A stretch of 64,000 bases of DNA from a virus. Its lineage: Duplodnaviria > Caudoviricetes. Shown in pieces: positions 28,642 through 36,743 of this stretch. A program made the translations under genes and the position numbers. The notes beneath the pieces were generated by a model, which saw only the letters and a program-made list of their open reading frames with translations, was not told the DNA's origin and searched no databases. How positions within the stretch are numbered: the stretch's first letter is position 1; each line of letters starts with the position of its first letter. The DNA lies in the IMG/VR virus record IMGVR_UViG_2923519811_000002, positions 1-64,000 of that record, one strand, 5' to 3'.

Positions 28642-29264
28642 ACGGTCACCTCGCCCTCTACGGTGATCGGGCTGATGGCGGTCACGGCGTAGACGCTGCC
28701 GTCCGGGGCGATCGCTTCCAGGTCGTAGACGGCGCTCGACCAGGTGAGCGCGGCAGCTGCAGCAGCTTCGACGCGCAGCACGAAGCACGCGCGGGCCACG
28801 TCCACCACTGCCACACCATCGGGGTTCTGGCTCGGGTCGCTGTCCCAGCTGAAGAGCGGCGTACCGGTGGCGCCGGCCTTGGTGCGCACCTGCGCCCGGC
28901 ACCGCCAGCCCGTCAGGTTCACCGGGCGGTTGAACACCACCAGCCCGCCGCCGGCGTATTCCTTCCAGCAGTGGGCGTTCACCCGGTTGAACTCGATGGT
29001 GTTGGCGTCCACCACCTTGGTCTTGTAGTAGGGCTCGTCGCCGTTGGGGTCGTTGTTCAGCTCGGCCGGCGCCTTGACGCACTGGACCTGCACTGGCCAG
29101 CCGTCCGGGATCTGGTGCCCGGTGATGGTCAGCCGCGCGGGCGCCTTCACCGGCATGGCCTCGATCGGCAGGAAGACCTGCTCCTCGTCGGCGTAGAGGA
29201 AGGCGAACTCGGCGGTCTTGCCGCGGGTGATCTTCAGCGGGATCTCGGGGGCATCAGGCGCCAT
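28638..29264 (-). CDS. Baseplate-upper (BppU)-like structural protein
   Basis: PVNLTGW..RAQVR...AVYDLE pattern. Confidence 0.65.
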   Translation of the reverse strand: MAPDAPEIPLKITRGKTAEFAFLYADEEQVFLPIEAMPVKAPARLTITGHQIPDGWPVQVQCVKAPAELNNDPNGDEPYYKTKVVDANTIEFNRVNAHCWKEYAGGGLVVFNRPVNLTGWRCRAQVRTKAGATGTPLFSWDSDPSQNPDGVAVVDVARACFVLRVEAAAAAALTWSSAVYDLEAIAPDGSVYAVTAISPITVEGEVTV

Positions 29265-29457
29265 CTCGGGCCTCCTGGCGCTTGGCCCGGACCTCGGCGT
29301 CGATCTCGCGCACTTCGGCTTCACTCAGGCCCTTGCCTGGATGCAGCACCTCGGAAAGCCAGGAAAGCAGGCGGTAGCCGTTGTACGTCTTGCCGTCAGC
29401 GTTGAGAGCCGCCTGGCCCATGCTTCGGGCTCGGCGGGGGTCGGAAGGGTTGGGCAT
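29254..29457 (-). CDS. Hypothetical protein, 67 aa
   Basis: ORF overlapping the next start, immediately downstream of motif copy 6. Confidence 0.55.
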   Translation of the reverse strand: MPNPSDPRRARSMGQAALNADGKTYNGYRLLSWLSEVLHPGKGLSEAEVREIDAEVRAKRQEARDGA

Positions 29458-29490
29458 GGGAGCGGCCCCTGTCGTAGGTGGGTGACAGGG

Positions 29491-29521
29491 TCGACGCTAT
29501 GTCACTGGCGCAACGTGGCAA
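29491..29521 (-). promoter_or_regulatory. Putative late promoter motif, copy 6
   Basis: Minus strand TTGC-N8-GCCAGTGACATAGCGTCGA. Confidence 0.62.
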
Positions 29522-29579
29522 GGGGAACGGAAAACGCCGTTGCGCTATGCTGGCGACATGCCAGACAACTGAGGTCTAT

Positions 29580-30368
29580 ATGGAAGTACACCAAGTTATT
29601 TCGCTGTTCCAATCTATCGACTTCGCGCCACTTAAAGACATATTCGACCTCAACGACCTGCGAAACATACTAGCGATATTAGGCGCAATATTTGCCATAT
29701 CTTCAGCACTGAAAAAATGGGGCCAAAAAGCGACCGCGTCATACTCTATCGAATTTTCAACAATGCACCCGACTTACCCCAGAGACATCACAATTATTAA
29801 CGAAAAGGACAAGCCCCTTGTCATCCATAGAGTCATCGCAATTTTTGATAACAACCAATACGTAACACTGAGCAGACTAAGCCCTCCCATGGTGATAAAG
29901 GGTCTTGAATCGGAAGTTATCGAGCCCGAGCGCATAACCACCTTGAACACCGACACCAACCCCTTTGAAGCCAAAAAGTCAAAATTTGATTTGGCCTTGG
30001 TCACCGACACCAAGCTGCTGAAATGCAAAATCAAGCCATCCCCTGACATCAGAACCTTGAAGTACATGGCCAACAAGAAGGAAATCACCAGAACGACATT
30101 GTTATTTGACGGCAAGGTTATTCCTAGCAATGCGATATGCGCCCTGACTTACACGCACGAGAACAAGCGGCATGTGAGCTTCGTTCTAGATTACGGACTG
30201 ATTGTCGACGGCTGGCCCTTCCCGCTTAACTGCCTTGAGCAAGACCAGCTCACTGATCTGAATATGTTCCACTTGGCTATCAAGGTATTAAGGGATAACT
30301 GCGCAAGCGATCTTGATTACACACCCCTCAATGACGCGAAACTTTTCTACTCCAGCGAGAAGTCGTAG
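29580..30368 (+). CDS. AT-rich moron protein with an N-terminal hydrophobic helix
   Basis: GAGGT RBS before ATG at 29580; opposite strand to the late operon; visibly lower GC. Confidence 0.75.
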   Translation: MEVHQVISLFQSIDFAPLKDIFDLNDLRNILAILGAIFAISSALKKWGQKATASYSIEFSTMHPTYPRDITIINEKDKPLVIHRVIAIFDNNQYVTLSRLSPPMVIKGLESEVIEPERITTLNTDTNPFEAKKSKFDLALVTDTKLLKCKIKPSPDIRTLKYMANKKEITRTTLLFDGKVIPSNAICALTYTHENKRHVSFVLDYGLIVDGWPFPLNCLEQDQLTDLNMFHLAIKVLRDNCASDLDYTPLNDAKLFYSSEKS

Positions 30369-30995
30369 TCATCCATCAGCGAGCAAACGCTTCAGCCTCT
30401 CCTCATACGGCTCCTCGTGCTCCTGCTCATCGAGGTTGTAGGCCTGGCGCTCCAGCGGGATCAGGTTCTTCAGCGCAGTGGACAGGTCCCGCAGTACGCC
30501 GGCATGGGTCGGCAGGCTCAGCGCCTTGAGCATCCGGTTGCGTCGTTGGTAGTTCGTATCGCCGGCCGTCTCTTCGATGACCTCGTCTTCCAGCTCCTCC
30601 CGTGCGCTCGCTGCCTGCTCCAGCTGGCGGAACAGCAGGTTGACCAGGCCATGACCCTTGGCGATGTCGCGGCGGTGGCGGTTGATCACCTGCAGGTTGG
30701 TCTGCACTGCCACTTCGATGTCGCCCTGCGTGGGGGCGTTTCCTGAGCTGGAAACGGTGTTTCCATCCGCTGTTTCCTGGCGCTCCCTCTCCTTGCGCGG
30801 CTCGGTCAGCAAGGCGGCACGGGTTCTCTCTCGCACCTCCTCGCTCGCATCCTTCACCCAGTTGCCGGCACTGGCCTTCTTGGAGATGGCACCCGCCGTG
30901 GTGCCATGCTTGGTGGCCAGGGCACGCAGCGACAGCTGTCCCACACGAAAGTCGCGCTCGATCGCTTCCCAGTCGATGGTCTTCTTGCTGCTCAC
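30369..30995 (-). CDS. terS: Putative terminase small subunit
   Basis: IDWEAIERDFRVGQLSLRALATKHG HTH and LIPLERQAYNLD C-terminus; GAGGAG RBS. Confidence 0.7.
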   Translation of the reverse strand: MSSKKTIDWEAIERDFRVGQLSLRALATKHGTTAGAISKKASAGNWVKDASEEVRERTRAALLTEPRKERERQETADGNTVSSSGNAPTQGDIEVAVQTNLQVINRHRRDIAKGHGLVNLLFRQLEQAASAREELEDEVIEETAGDTNYQRRNRMLKALSLPTHAGVLRDLSTALKNLIPLERQAYNLDEQEHEEPYEERLKRLLADG

Positions 30996-31008
30996 TACCA
31001 CGCTCTCC

Positions 31009-31311
31009 TCAGTCAAACCAGCCGGTGGCTTCCTGCCCACAGCCTCTGCAACGTACCGCTGCCACCGCATCAGCCTTGGCCCGGACGATGTAGAACAACG
31101 ACGAGCCGCAATCGCAGGTGAACATGGCGTCGCCTACGCTCGGGCCGAATGGATACTTGAACAGCCCACAGTGGGTGCCGCACCCCGGGCACTCCAGTTG
31201 CGTCTGCCCCACAGGCGCTACCGCAACCCACTCATGCCGGCAGCGGGTACAGATGGCATCGCCGGTCGCGTGCGGGGCACACCTGGGCGGAAACTCCACG
31301 ACCTTGCTCAT
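31009..31311 (-). CDS. Zinc-finger protein
   Basis: Four CxxC/CxC pairs. Confidence 0.7.
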   Translation of the reverse strand: MSKVVEFPPRCAPHATGDAICTRCRHEWVAVAPVGQTQLECPGCGTHCGLFKYPFGPSVGDAMFTCDCGSSLFYIVRAKADAVAAVRCRGCGQEATGWFD

Positions 31312-31727
31312 GGGCGCGCCTCATGCACCACCAGCGCCTCGGGCTGGGTGGCCACGGCCTTGATGGTCTGGCGGCGCGCTTCCTTCAGCAGGCGGTTGTT
31401 CGCGGCGATGTGGTCAGCCAGGCGGCCGGCGGCCTCGATGATCAGGTCACCCAGCTGCTCCAGCGGCGCCTGCACGCGGCCGTCGTTCACGGTGACCAGG
31501 TCCTGCCTGCCCTCGAACTGGACGTTGAGCTGGACCCTCCACTTCATGCCCCCCGGACGCACCACGCCGAACGGACGGGCGATGTACAGGCGGTAGGTGC
31601 CGATCTTCGGCTCTACGTGCTCCAGGAAGAGCCGGCGCGCGCCATCGGGGAATACCTGGCCCACCGGCAGCCCCTGGATCTCGGCAGCCACCTTCTCGGC
31701 GGCCTGCAGCAGTTCGGTGCGGTCCAT
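31308..31727 (-). CDS. Hypothetical protein
   Basis: TGATG/ATGA coupling with neighbours. Confidence 0.6.
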   Translation of the reverse strand: MDRTELLQAAEKVAAEIQGLPVGQVFPDGARRLFLEHVEPKIGTYRLYIARPFGVVRPGGMKWRVQLNVQFEGRQDLVTVNDGRVQAPLEQLGDLIIEAAGRLADHIAANNRLLKEARRQTIKAVATQPEALVVHEARP

Positions 31728-32032
31728 CAGGCCTTCCTCTTGGCAGCGAAGTGAGCGTCTTCCAGGGCCTGGCGGCGGTGTGCTTCTCGCTGGGCATCGC
31801 GGCGGGTGCGCCAAAGGTCGGTCTTGCTGGCTGCCCAGCGGGCCATGTCCGGGTGCATCCGGAACGGAAGCTGGCCAGGCTCGGGCTGCGGCTCGCCCTT
31901 GCTGGCTACCAGGTGCTCGGCCACCTCGTAGCGGCCCTCCCCCGTGGCGTGGTCGACGAATGCCCGGGTGACGATGAAGACGGTGTGCCCGGCGCGCAGC
32001 TCGTGCGCCAGGTAGGTGCGGCGGTTCGACAT
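31727..32032 (-). CDS. Hypothetical protein
   Basis: Operon coupling. Confidence 0.6.
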   Translation of the reverse strand: MSNRRTYLAHELRAGHTVFIVTRAFVDHATGEGRYEVAEHLVASKGEPQPEPGQLPFRMHPDMARWAASKTDLWRTRRDAQREAHRRQALEDAHFAAKRKA

Positions 32033-32033
32033 A

Positions 32034-32414
32034 TCAGCTCTCCAGCGAGGGGGTGCCGTTCAATGGCGTGGTGTCAGCCTGGGCTTGGCGGTTGAGCATG
32101 TTCATCGCTTTCTCACTTTCATCAGCCCTGACCGACTGGACGAGCGCCGCCAGTTGGTCCTCGGTGAACATGTAGATGGTGGCGTCGAACCTGATTCCCT
32201 GGGACGGCGCGCCGCACTCCTCGGCCTTGATTGCGCTGAGGAGCACCTGTTCAGTCATCTGGGCAAGCTGTCGCGAGATCGCACGGAGGGCGCGTTGCCG
32301 AATTGCCTCTGCGTCAATGCCGGATAACTCTCCACTGTGAAAGAAAGCCCCGCCATGCCAGCGGGCTCTGGACAACAGCACCCAGGGCTTCTGGTCGAAT
32401 GGATTGATGTTCAT
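32034..32414 (-). CDS. Hypothetical protein
   Basis: AAGGGGG RBS, operon coupling. Confidence 0.6.
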   Translation of the reverse strand: MNINPFDQKPWVLLSRARWHGGAFFHSGELSGIDAEAIRQRALRAISRQLAQMTEQVLLSAIKAEECGAPSQGIRFDATIYMFTEDQLAALVQSVRADESEKAMNMLNRQAQADTTPLNGTPSLES

Positions 32415-32433
32415 GGTCTGCCCCCTTGAACGG

Positions 32434-32682
32434 TTACTGGTTGTAGGTGGCCTTCACGGCCTCGACGAGACCCTGGTGGCGCCTCTGGCACTCCAGGTAC
32501 TGGCCCGACATCTCAACGTCGGCCAGGGTGAGTTCTGCGGGGTCGCCCGTTCCGTCCTCAGCGATCGGCACCGGCCGGAGATCCGGGCACGGCTGCAGCA
32601 GGGACTGTTCCACCAGCACGGGCGGCGTTGATGTTGCGCATCCAGCCAGCAGGCAGGCGGCAAGCAGGGTCCATCGGCTCAC
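32434..32682 (-). CDS. o-spanin (Rz1-like lipoprotein)
   Basis: GTG start, LLAACLLAGC lipobox, Pro-rich, overlaps the i-spanin 3' end. Confidence 0.8.
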   Translation of the reverse strand: MSRWTLLAACLLAGCATSTPPVLVEQSLLQPCPDLRPVPIAEDGTGDPAELTLADVEMSGQYLECQRRHQGLVEAVKATYNQ

Positions 32683-32929
32683 GGATGACCTCCTGGCGGG
32701 TTCTCTGGTAGATCGTGGTGTTGGTGACGCGGATCTGGGCGATGGCCTGATTCGTGGACGCGGCCACCTGGTCGACGACGCTGCGCGCCAGTGCCTGCTG
32801 GTCCAGCTGCGCCTGCAGGCGGATCGCGTCGTCGCTCCCCTCTTTCCAGCCGCGAACACTCCAGCCGATGGCCAGGCCGAGAACGGTCAGGACGGCGTAG
32901 GCCGCCAGGCGCAGGGTGTCGATGTTCAT
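32558..32929 (-). CDS. i-spanin (Rz-like)
   Basis: N-terminal TM helix, helical body, C-terminal CRLPAGW; follows endolysin. Confidence 0.8.
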   Translation of the reverse strand: MNIDTLRLAAYAVLTVLGLAIGWSVRGWKEGSDDAIRLQAQLDQQALARSVVDQVAASTNQAIAQIRVTNTTIYQRTRQEVIREPMDPACRLPAGWMRNINAARAGGTVPAAAVPGSPAGADR

Positions 32930-33456
32930 AGGCCGCAGAGCTCCGCTTCGCCCTGCCGGCGCTCCCAGACGCCGCTGCAGTACGGTTGGTCGGTCGAGCA
33001 GTCGATCTTCACCCCTTCCCGGGTGATGAACCGCCACTGCAGCAGCGCGCGGCAGCCGGCGGCCTGGTTGCCCTGGTTGAGCAGGCGCACCGCGGTGGAC
33101 TTGCCGCAGGCAGCGTTGCCCACGTTGAAGCACCAACTGCCCACGCCGGCCCAGGCGGGCTCGCTCATGGGCACCCGGATGATGCTGTGCACGTAGGCCA
33201 GGCGCTGGCCGATCTCGGTCTTGCGCCAGGTGTCGCACTGGGCCTTGGTCATGACGGTGTCGCGGGTGACGCCGGCCGTCTTGCCATCGCACACGGTCCA
33301 GACCTTGGCGCCGTCCTGGTAGGCCTTCAGCTCGTAGCGGTCGCCGCTCTCCTTCTCCCGGATGAACTGGTCCATGATCTGCGGCGCCGAGGCACCAGCG
33401 GCCACCAGGGCCAGCACGGCAGCACTCAGCGCCGTGCGCTTCCTACTGGTCGTCAT
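32926..33456 (-). CDS. SAR endolysin (GH24 lysozyme)
   Basis: Ala-rich N-terminal SAR segment; E...YQDGAKVWTVCDG; FNVG; RRQGEAELC. Confidence 0.92.
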   Translation of the reverse strand: MTTSRKRTALSAAVLALVAAGASAPQIMDQFIREKESGDRYELKAYQDGAKVWTVCDGKTAGVTRDTVMTKAQCDTWRKTEIGQRLAYVHSIIRVPMSEPAWAGVGSWCFNVGNAACGKSTAVRLLNQGNQAAGCRALLQWRFITREGVKIDCSTDQPYCSGVWERRQGEAELCGL

Positions 33457-33667
33457 CGTTGCGCACCTTCGGCTGGGCCACGAGGCGGAGGAGCACCCCG
33501 GCCAGCATGGCCAGGGCCGTGAGGAGGATGCTGGGCAGCAGGCCCAGGTTGAGGACGGCGCGGATCTCGTCGATGAAGGGGCTGGTGGCGGCCAGCAGCG
33601 TCAGGGCGACGATCCACCACACGCTGTACATGCGCCAGAAGCGGCGCCATTGCGGGATCAGCTTCAT
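33443..33667 (-). CDS. Holin, two TM helices
   Basis: MKLIPQWRRFWRMYSV...RLVAQ directly before endolysin. Confidence 0.75.
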   Translation of the reverse strand: MKLIPQWRRFWRMYSVWWIVALTLLAATSPFIDEIRAVLNLGLLPSILLTALAMLAGVLLRLVAQPKVRNDDDQ

Positions 33668-34101
33668 TTGCACTTCCCCGTGACGGTGCACTCCAGCCGC
33701 TGTACCTGGCGCTCCAGCTCGCTGGCACGGCCGGCGGCGGCCTTGTAGTCGGTGATCTCGCGCAGCACGAACCACTGCAGCGCGCCGAACAGCACGGCGC
33801 CGACGGCGAAGCCGCCTACACAGCGGTTGAGCCAGCGCGTGGCCAGGTCGCGGGCGCCGTGGGCCACCTGGAATGCCGAGTCGAGGTCGGCGCGGATGCT
33901 GGCGATCGCCCGTTCGTTGCTCTCCTGGGAACGGCGCACCTCGGTGTCCAGCCGGTCGCTGCGGTCCTGCAGACGCTGCATCTGCAGCTGCATCTGGATG
34001 ACCACGTCCATTTTCCCGCCGATCTCGGAGACCACGCGGTGGAGGCCGGCGACCTCCTGGTTGAGCAGTGCGAGCTCTGTTTGCATGTTCGGGTCGTCCA
34101 C
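33664..34101 (-). CDS. Coiled-coil membrane protein at the head of the lysis cassette
   Basis: AAGGA RBS and GTG at 34101; coiled coil plus one TM helix. Confidence 0.65.
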   Translation of the reverse strand: MDDPNMQTELALLNQEVAGLHRVVSEIGGKMDVVIQMQLQMQRLQDRSDRLDTEVRRSQESNERAIASIRADLDSAFQVAHGARDLATRWLNRCVGGFAVGAVLFGALQWFVLREITDYKAAAGRASELERQVQRLECTVTGKCK

Positions 34102-34130
34102 GTGGGGCGTCCTTGCGATGTTCGGATGGC

Positions 34131-34161
34131 TCGACGCTATGTCACTGGCCGACACCCGCAA
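34131..34161 (-). promoter_or_regulatory. Putative late promoter motif, copy 7 (before lysis cassette)
   Basis: Minus strand TTGC-N8-GCCAGTGACATAGCGTCGA. Confidence 0.62.
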
Positions 34162-34241
34162 CCCTTGCAAAGCACTTTCCAGTTACAGAGCGTCGCCTTT
34201 TCACATCCCGGGCAACGGCCCAACAGAACGAGGAAACGACG

Positions 34242-34514
34242 ATGGGGCAGAACATCGACCAGGTGGACGACAACGAGTACATGGCAGTGACCGAGGCCAT
34301 GGCGGTATTCGGCGAAGAGATCGAGCAGCGCGGCAGCCGCACCTGGCTGGGCATCTCCCTGGCCGAGGACGGCTGCGAGATCGCAGCACTGGGCGGCAGG
34401 GTCAGCGCTGAGGCACTGGATCGCCTCGAAACCCTGCTCACCCAGCTCCGTGTGAGCGCCCAGGACGTGCCGGACGGCGAGCCGGTTGTGCTGCACCTCT
34501 CGCCGGAGGCCTAA
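34242..34514 (+). CDS. Acidic hypothetical protein, 90 aa
   Basis: GAGGA RBS before ATG at 34242; divergent from the lysis cassette. Confidence 0.6.
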   Translation: MGQNIDQVDDNEYMAVTEAMAVFGEEIEQRGSRTWLGISLAEDGCEIAALGGRVSAEALDRLETLLTQLRVSAQDVPDGEPVVLHLSPEA

Positions 34515-34720
34515 CGCGGGCCAGCCAGGGCTCCGTCGTTGAACCGCGACCGCCTGAGCCCTGGCGTCAATGCCTCCTGCCAGTTGCTGCCCCGGTACCG
34601 GCGCTGCCGGACGGTGCCCCACTTCAGCCCCCGCGCCGCCGCCCAGGCCAACGCGGTCATCTCCTGATCGCCCAGCCGCACCTTCATGTCCGCGGCGCAC
34701 GTCATCTCCTCATGACGCAT
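34511..34720 (-). CDS. Small HTH-like protein
   Basis: GAGGAGG RBS; MTALAWAAARGLKWGTVRQR..RG..WQEALT resembles the HTH tail of phage HNH proteins. Confidence 0.6.
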   Translation of the reverse strand: MRHEEMTCAADMKVRLGDQEMTALAWAAARGLKWGTVRQRRYRGSNWQEALTPGLRRSRFNDGALAGPR

Positions 34721-34730
34721 ACCCACCTCC

Positions 34731-35351
34731 TCACCCGCTGGTCGCTTCCTTTTCCAACTGCAGCGCCAAGGCCTGATACCGGGCCTTGATCGCCTTCAGG
34801 TCTTCGATCGAATAGCGGCAGGCCTCATGAGGCCCTTCCAGGGCCTCGACGCGCTCCAGGCCGATCTTCTCGATCAGGCGTGCGCGGTAGCCTTCCGCAA
34901 CGGTGCGGCCCTTGCGGGCGTACTTGCTGGACCCGCCGTTGCAGCTCTTCAGCTGCTTGTGGCAGTTGTCCTCGTTGAACCGCAGCTCCGGGTGAGAGCC
35001 GCGCGACAGGTAGTGGCCGGCATCCCATTTGCCGCCGGTGAGCCAGTCCTCGTCCGGGCCGTAGCTGCCACAGCAGATGCACGGCTGATCGCGATCGCGC
35101 AGGCGGATGAACTTGTTGAAGGCAGCCTGGGCTTCACTCAGGTGCTTGTGGTGAGGCTTGAGCCGCTGCCGAGCCGCGCGCAGGTCGCGGCGCTCCAGCT
35201 TCTCCAGGGAAACTCGCTCGCGTGCCTGCTTGGCCTTCGCAAGGCTCAAGGCGCAGGCGATGCTGCAGGCCACCTGCAGCGACTTCACGGGGATGAACAG
35301 CTCAGAGCAGGCCCGGCACTTCTTCGGCCGGGGGGCTTTTGAGGCCCTCAT
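34731..35351 (-). CDS. ninG: NinG/Rap recombination endonuclease
   Basis: AQAAFNKFIRLRD..PCICCG...WDAGHY...LRFNEDNCHKQ. Confidence 0.92.
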   Translation of the reverse strand: MRASKAPRPKKCRACSELFIPVKSLQVACSIACALSLAKAKQARERVSLEKLERRDLRAARQRLKPHHKHLSEAQAAFNKFIRLRDRDQPCICCGSYGPDEDWLTGGKWDAGHYLSRGSHPELRFNEDNCHKQLKSCNGGSSKYARKGRTVAEGYRARLIEKIGLERVEALEGPHEACRYSIEDLKAIKARYQALALQLEKEATSG

Positions 35352-35902
35352 CAGGCCACCTCCGAGGGCATCATCTGCACCATGTCGTTGATCTGGTCTT
35401 CGTCCAGGTGCTGCCAGTAGGTGTCGATCAGGTAGCGGCTGATGCCGCGCCAGAACTCGCCGAAGTGTTCCTCAGGCATCTGGTCGAATGCCAGGGACTC
35501 CGGCACGCTGCGCGTCACCCGGCCCAGCGAGCCGAGGTCGAACACCTCGTCGGTGCAGCAGACGCCGGCATCGCCCTGGAGCTTCTTGATCACCGAGTGC
35601 GCGTCCATGCCGGCGAACTTGTCGATGCTCTGCGCCACCAACTGGCCCAGGCGGTGCACCCGCCGGTGGCGGCGCTCGTCGCGGGGCTGCTTCAGCTCGG
35701 CGCGCACACGGTCGCCGGCCCGGTAGCTGCGCTCCTTCAGCAGGAACCGGTCGACGTCGCTGCCCGCGACCAGGGCCAGGCGCACCTCGCCGGTGTCCGG
35801 GTCCACCATGCGCTTGAATTCGAGGTAAACGGGGCGGTTGGTGCGTTTCTTCGGCGCCGCCTTCTTCGGGGCGGCAGAGGTCGCTGCGGCTTCATTGCGC
35901 AT
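35351..35902 (-). CDS. Hypothetical protein (NinB/DUF1367-like position)
   Basis: Operon coupling; PESLAFDQM..F..F motif. Confidence 0.6.
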   Translation of the reverse strand: MRNEAAATSAAPKKAAPKKRTNRPVYLEFKRMVDPDTGEVRLALVAGSDVDRFLLKERSYRAGDRVRAELKQPRDERRHRRVHRLGQLVAQSIDKFAGMDAHSVIKKLQGDAGVCCTDEVFDLGSLGRVTRSVPESLAFDQMPEEHFGEFWRGISRYLIDTYWQHLDEDQINDMVQMMPSEVA

Positions 35903-36743
35903 GACGCTGCTCCTGTAGTTCCTGGATGGTCTGGAGGGCGGCCCGGCGCTTCTTGGCCAACTCGCGGCGCTCCTTCAGCTTCGCGACCCGGCGCTCCTCG
36001 TCCTTCTGCCCACGGCTGGCGGCCATGCTCTGGCGGATCCGCTGCAGCTGCTCGCGCACGTCCAGGGAGCACTTGCCCTCCCCGGCCTCGGCCTTCAGCG
36101 CCTCACGGGTCTTTTCATCGGCGGTCAGCGCCAGCAGGCCGTCAGCAGAGGGGCCCGCCAGCAGCCCGACGATGGCGCGGCCCTCGGCGGTGATCTGGCC
36201 GACCGCGTGGTGGGCGAGCAGCGCCTGCGCCTGGGGCGCAGGCAGCCGGCCGAGACGCTCGGCGCTCTCGATCGCACTGGCGCGCCGCTCGGCGTCGTGG
36301 CCCAGCGACAGCGACCACGCCAACGGCGTGCCCACCTGGCGCGCGGTGGTGACCAGCCGCTCGTAGGTGGCGATGAACGCCATGCGGGCACCGATCTTGT
36401 CCCCAGCGCGGAAAACGCTCTCAGCCGAGGCTGCCGCCTGCTGGATCTCCGGCGTCATCAGCACCGTCTCCGCCTCGTCGTAGCTGGTCATGGCGATCGC
36501 CCAGGCCTCGTTCGCCTCGGGCCGCCCGTCCTGCGTCACCAGGTGGCGGATCACGTTCTCCGGGGTGAGCTTCTGACCGGCACGTCGCAAGGCAGACAGC
36601 GCTTCTACCAACGGCTTCTCGTCGTAGATCTTCAGGTCAGCGACCATCAGTGCCGCAGCGCGTGGCTGCAGCTGCTGGTCCAGAATCTCGGCAGTGGCGT
36701 ACAGGGACGCCAGCAGGTGCTCCTGCTGAAGCTCGCTAAGCAT
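35892..36743 (-). CDS. Putative helicase loader/replication accessory protein
   Basis: Follows the initiator gene; DGRPEANEAWA...ARMAF..YERL motif. Confidence 0.6.
   Translation of the reverse strand: MLSELQQEHLLASLYATAEILDQQLQPRAAALMVADLKIYDEKPLVEALSALRRAGQKLTPENVIRHLVTQDGRPEANEAWAIAMTSYDEAETVLMTPEIQQAAASAESVFRAGDKIGARMAFIATYERLVTTARQVGTPLAWSLSLGHDAERRASAIESAERLGRLPAPQAQALLAHHAVGQITAEGRAIVGLLAGPSADGLLALTADEKTREALKAEAGEGKCSLDVREQLQRIRQSMAASRGQKDEERRVAKLKERRELAKKRRAALQTIQELQEQRHAQ

Noticed and set aside
3217-34161. Reading the repeated motif (CTGGC-N8-GCAA on the plus strand) as sigma54 promoters
   Set aside because: GG-to-GC spacing is 9 nt rather than the required 10, and the orientation would point away from the adjacent late genes
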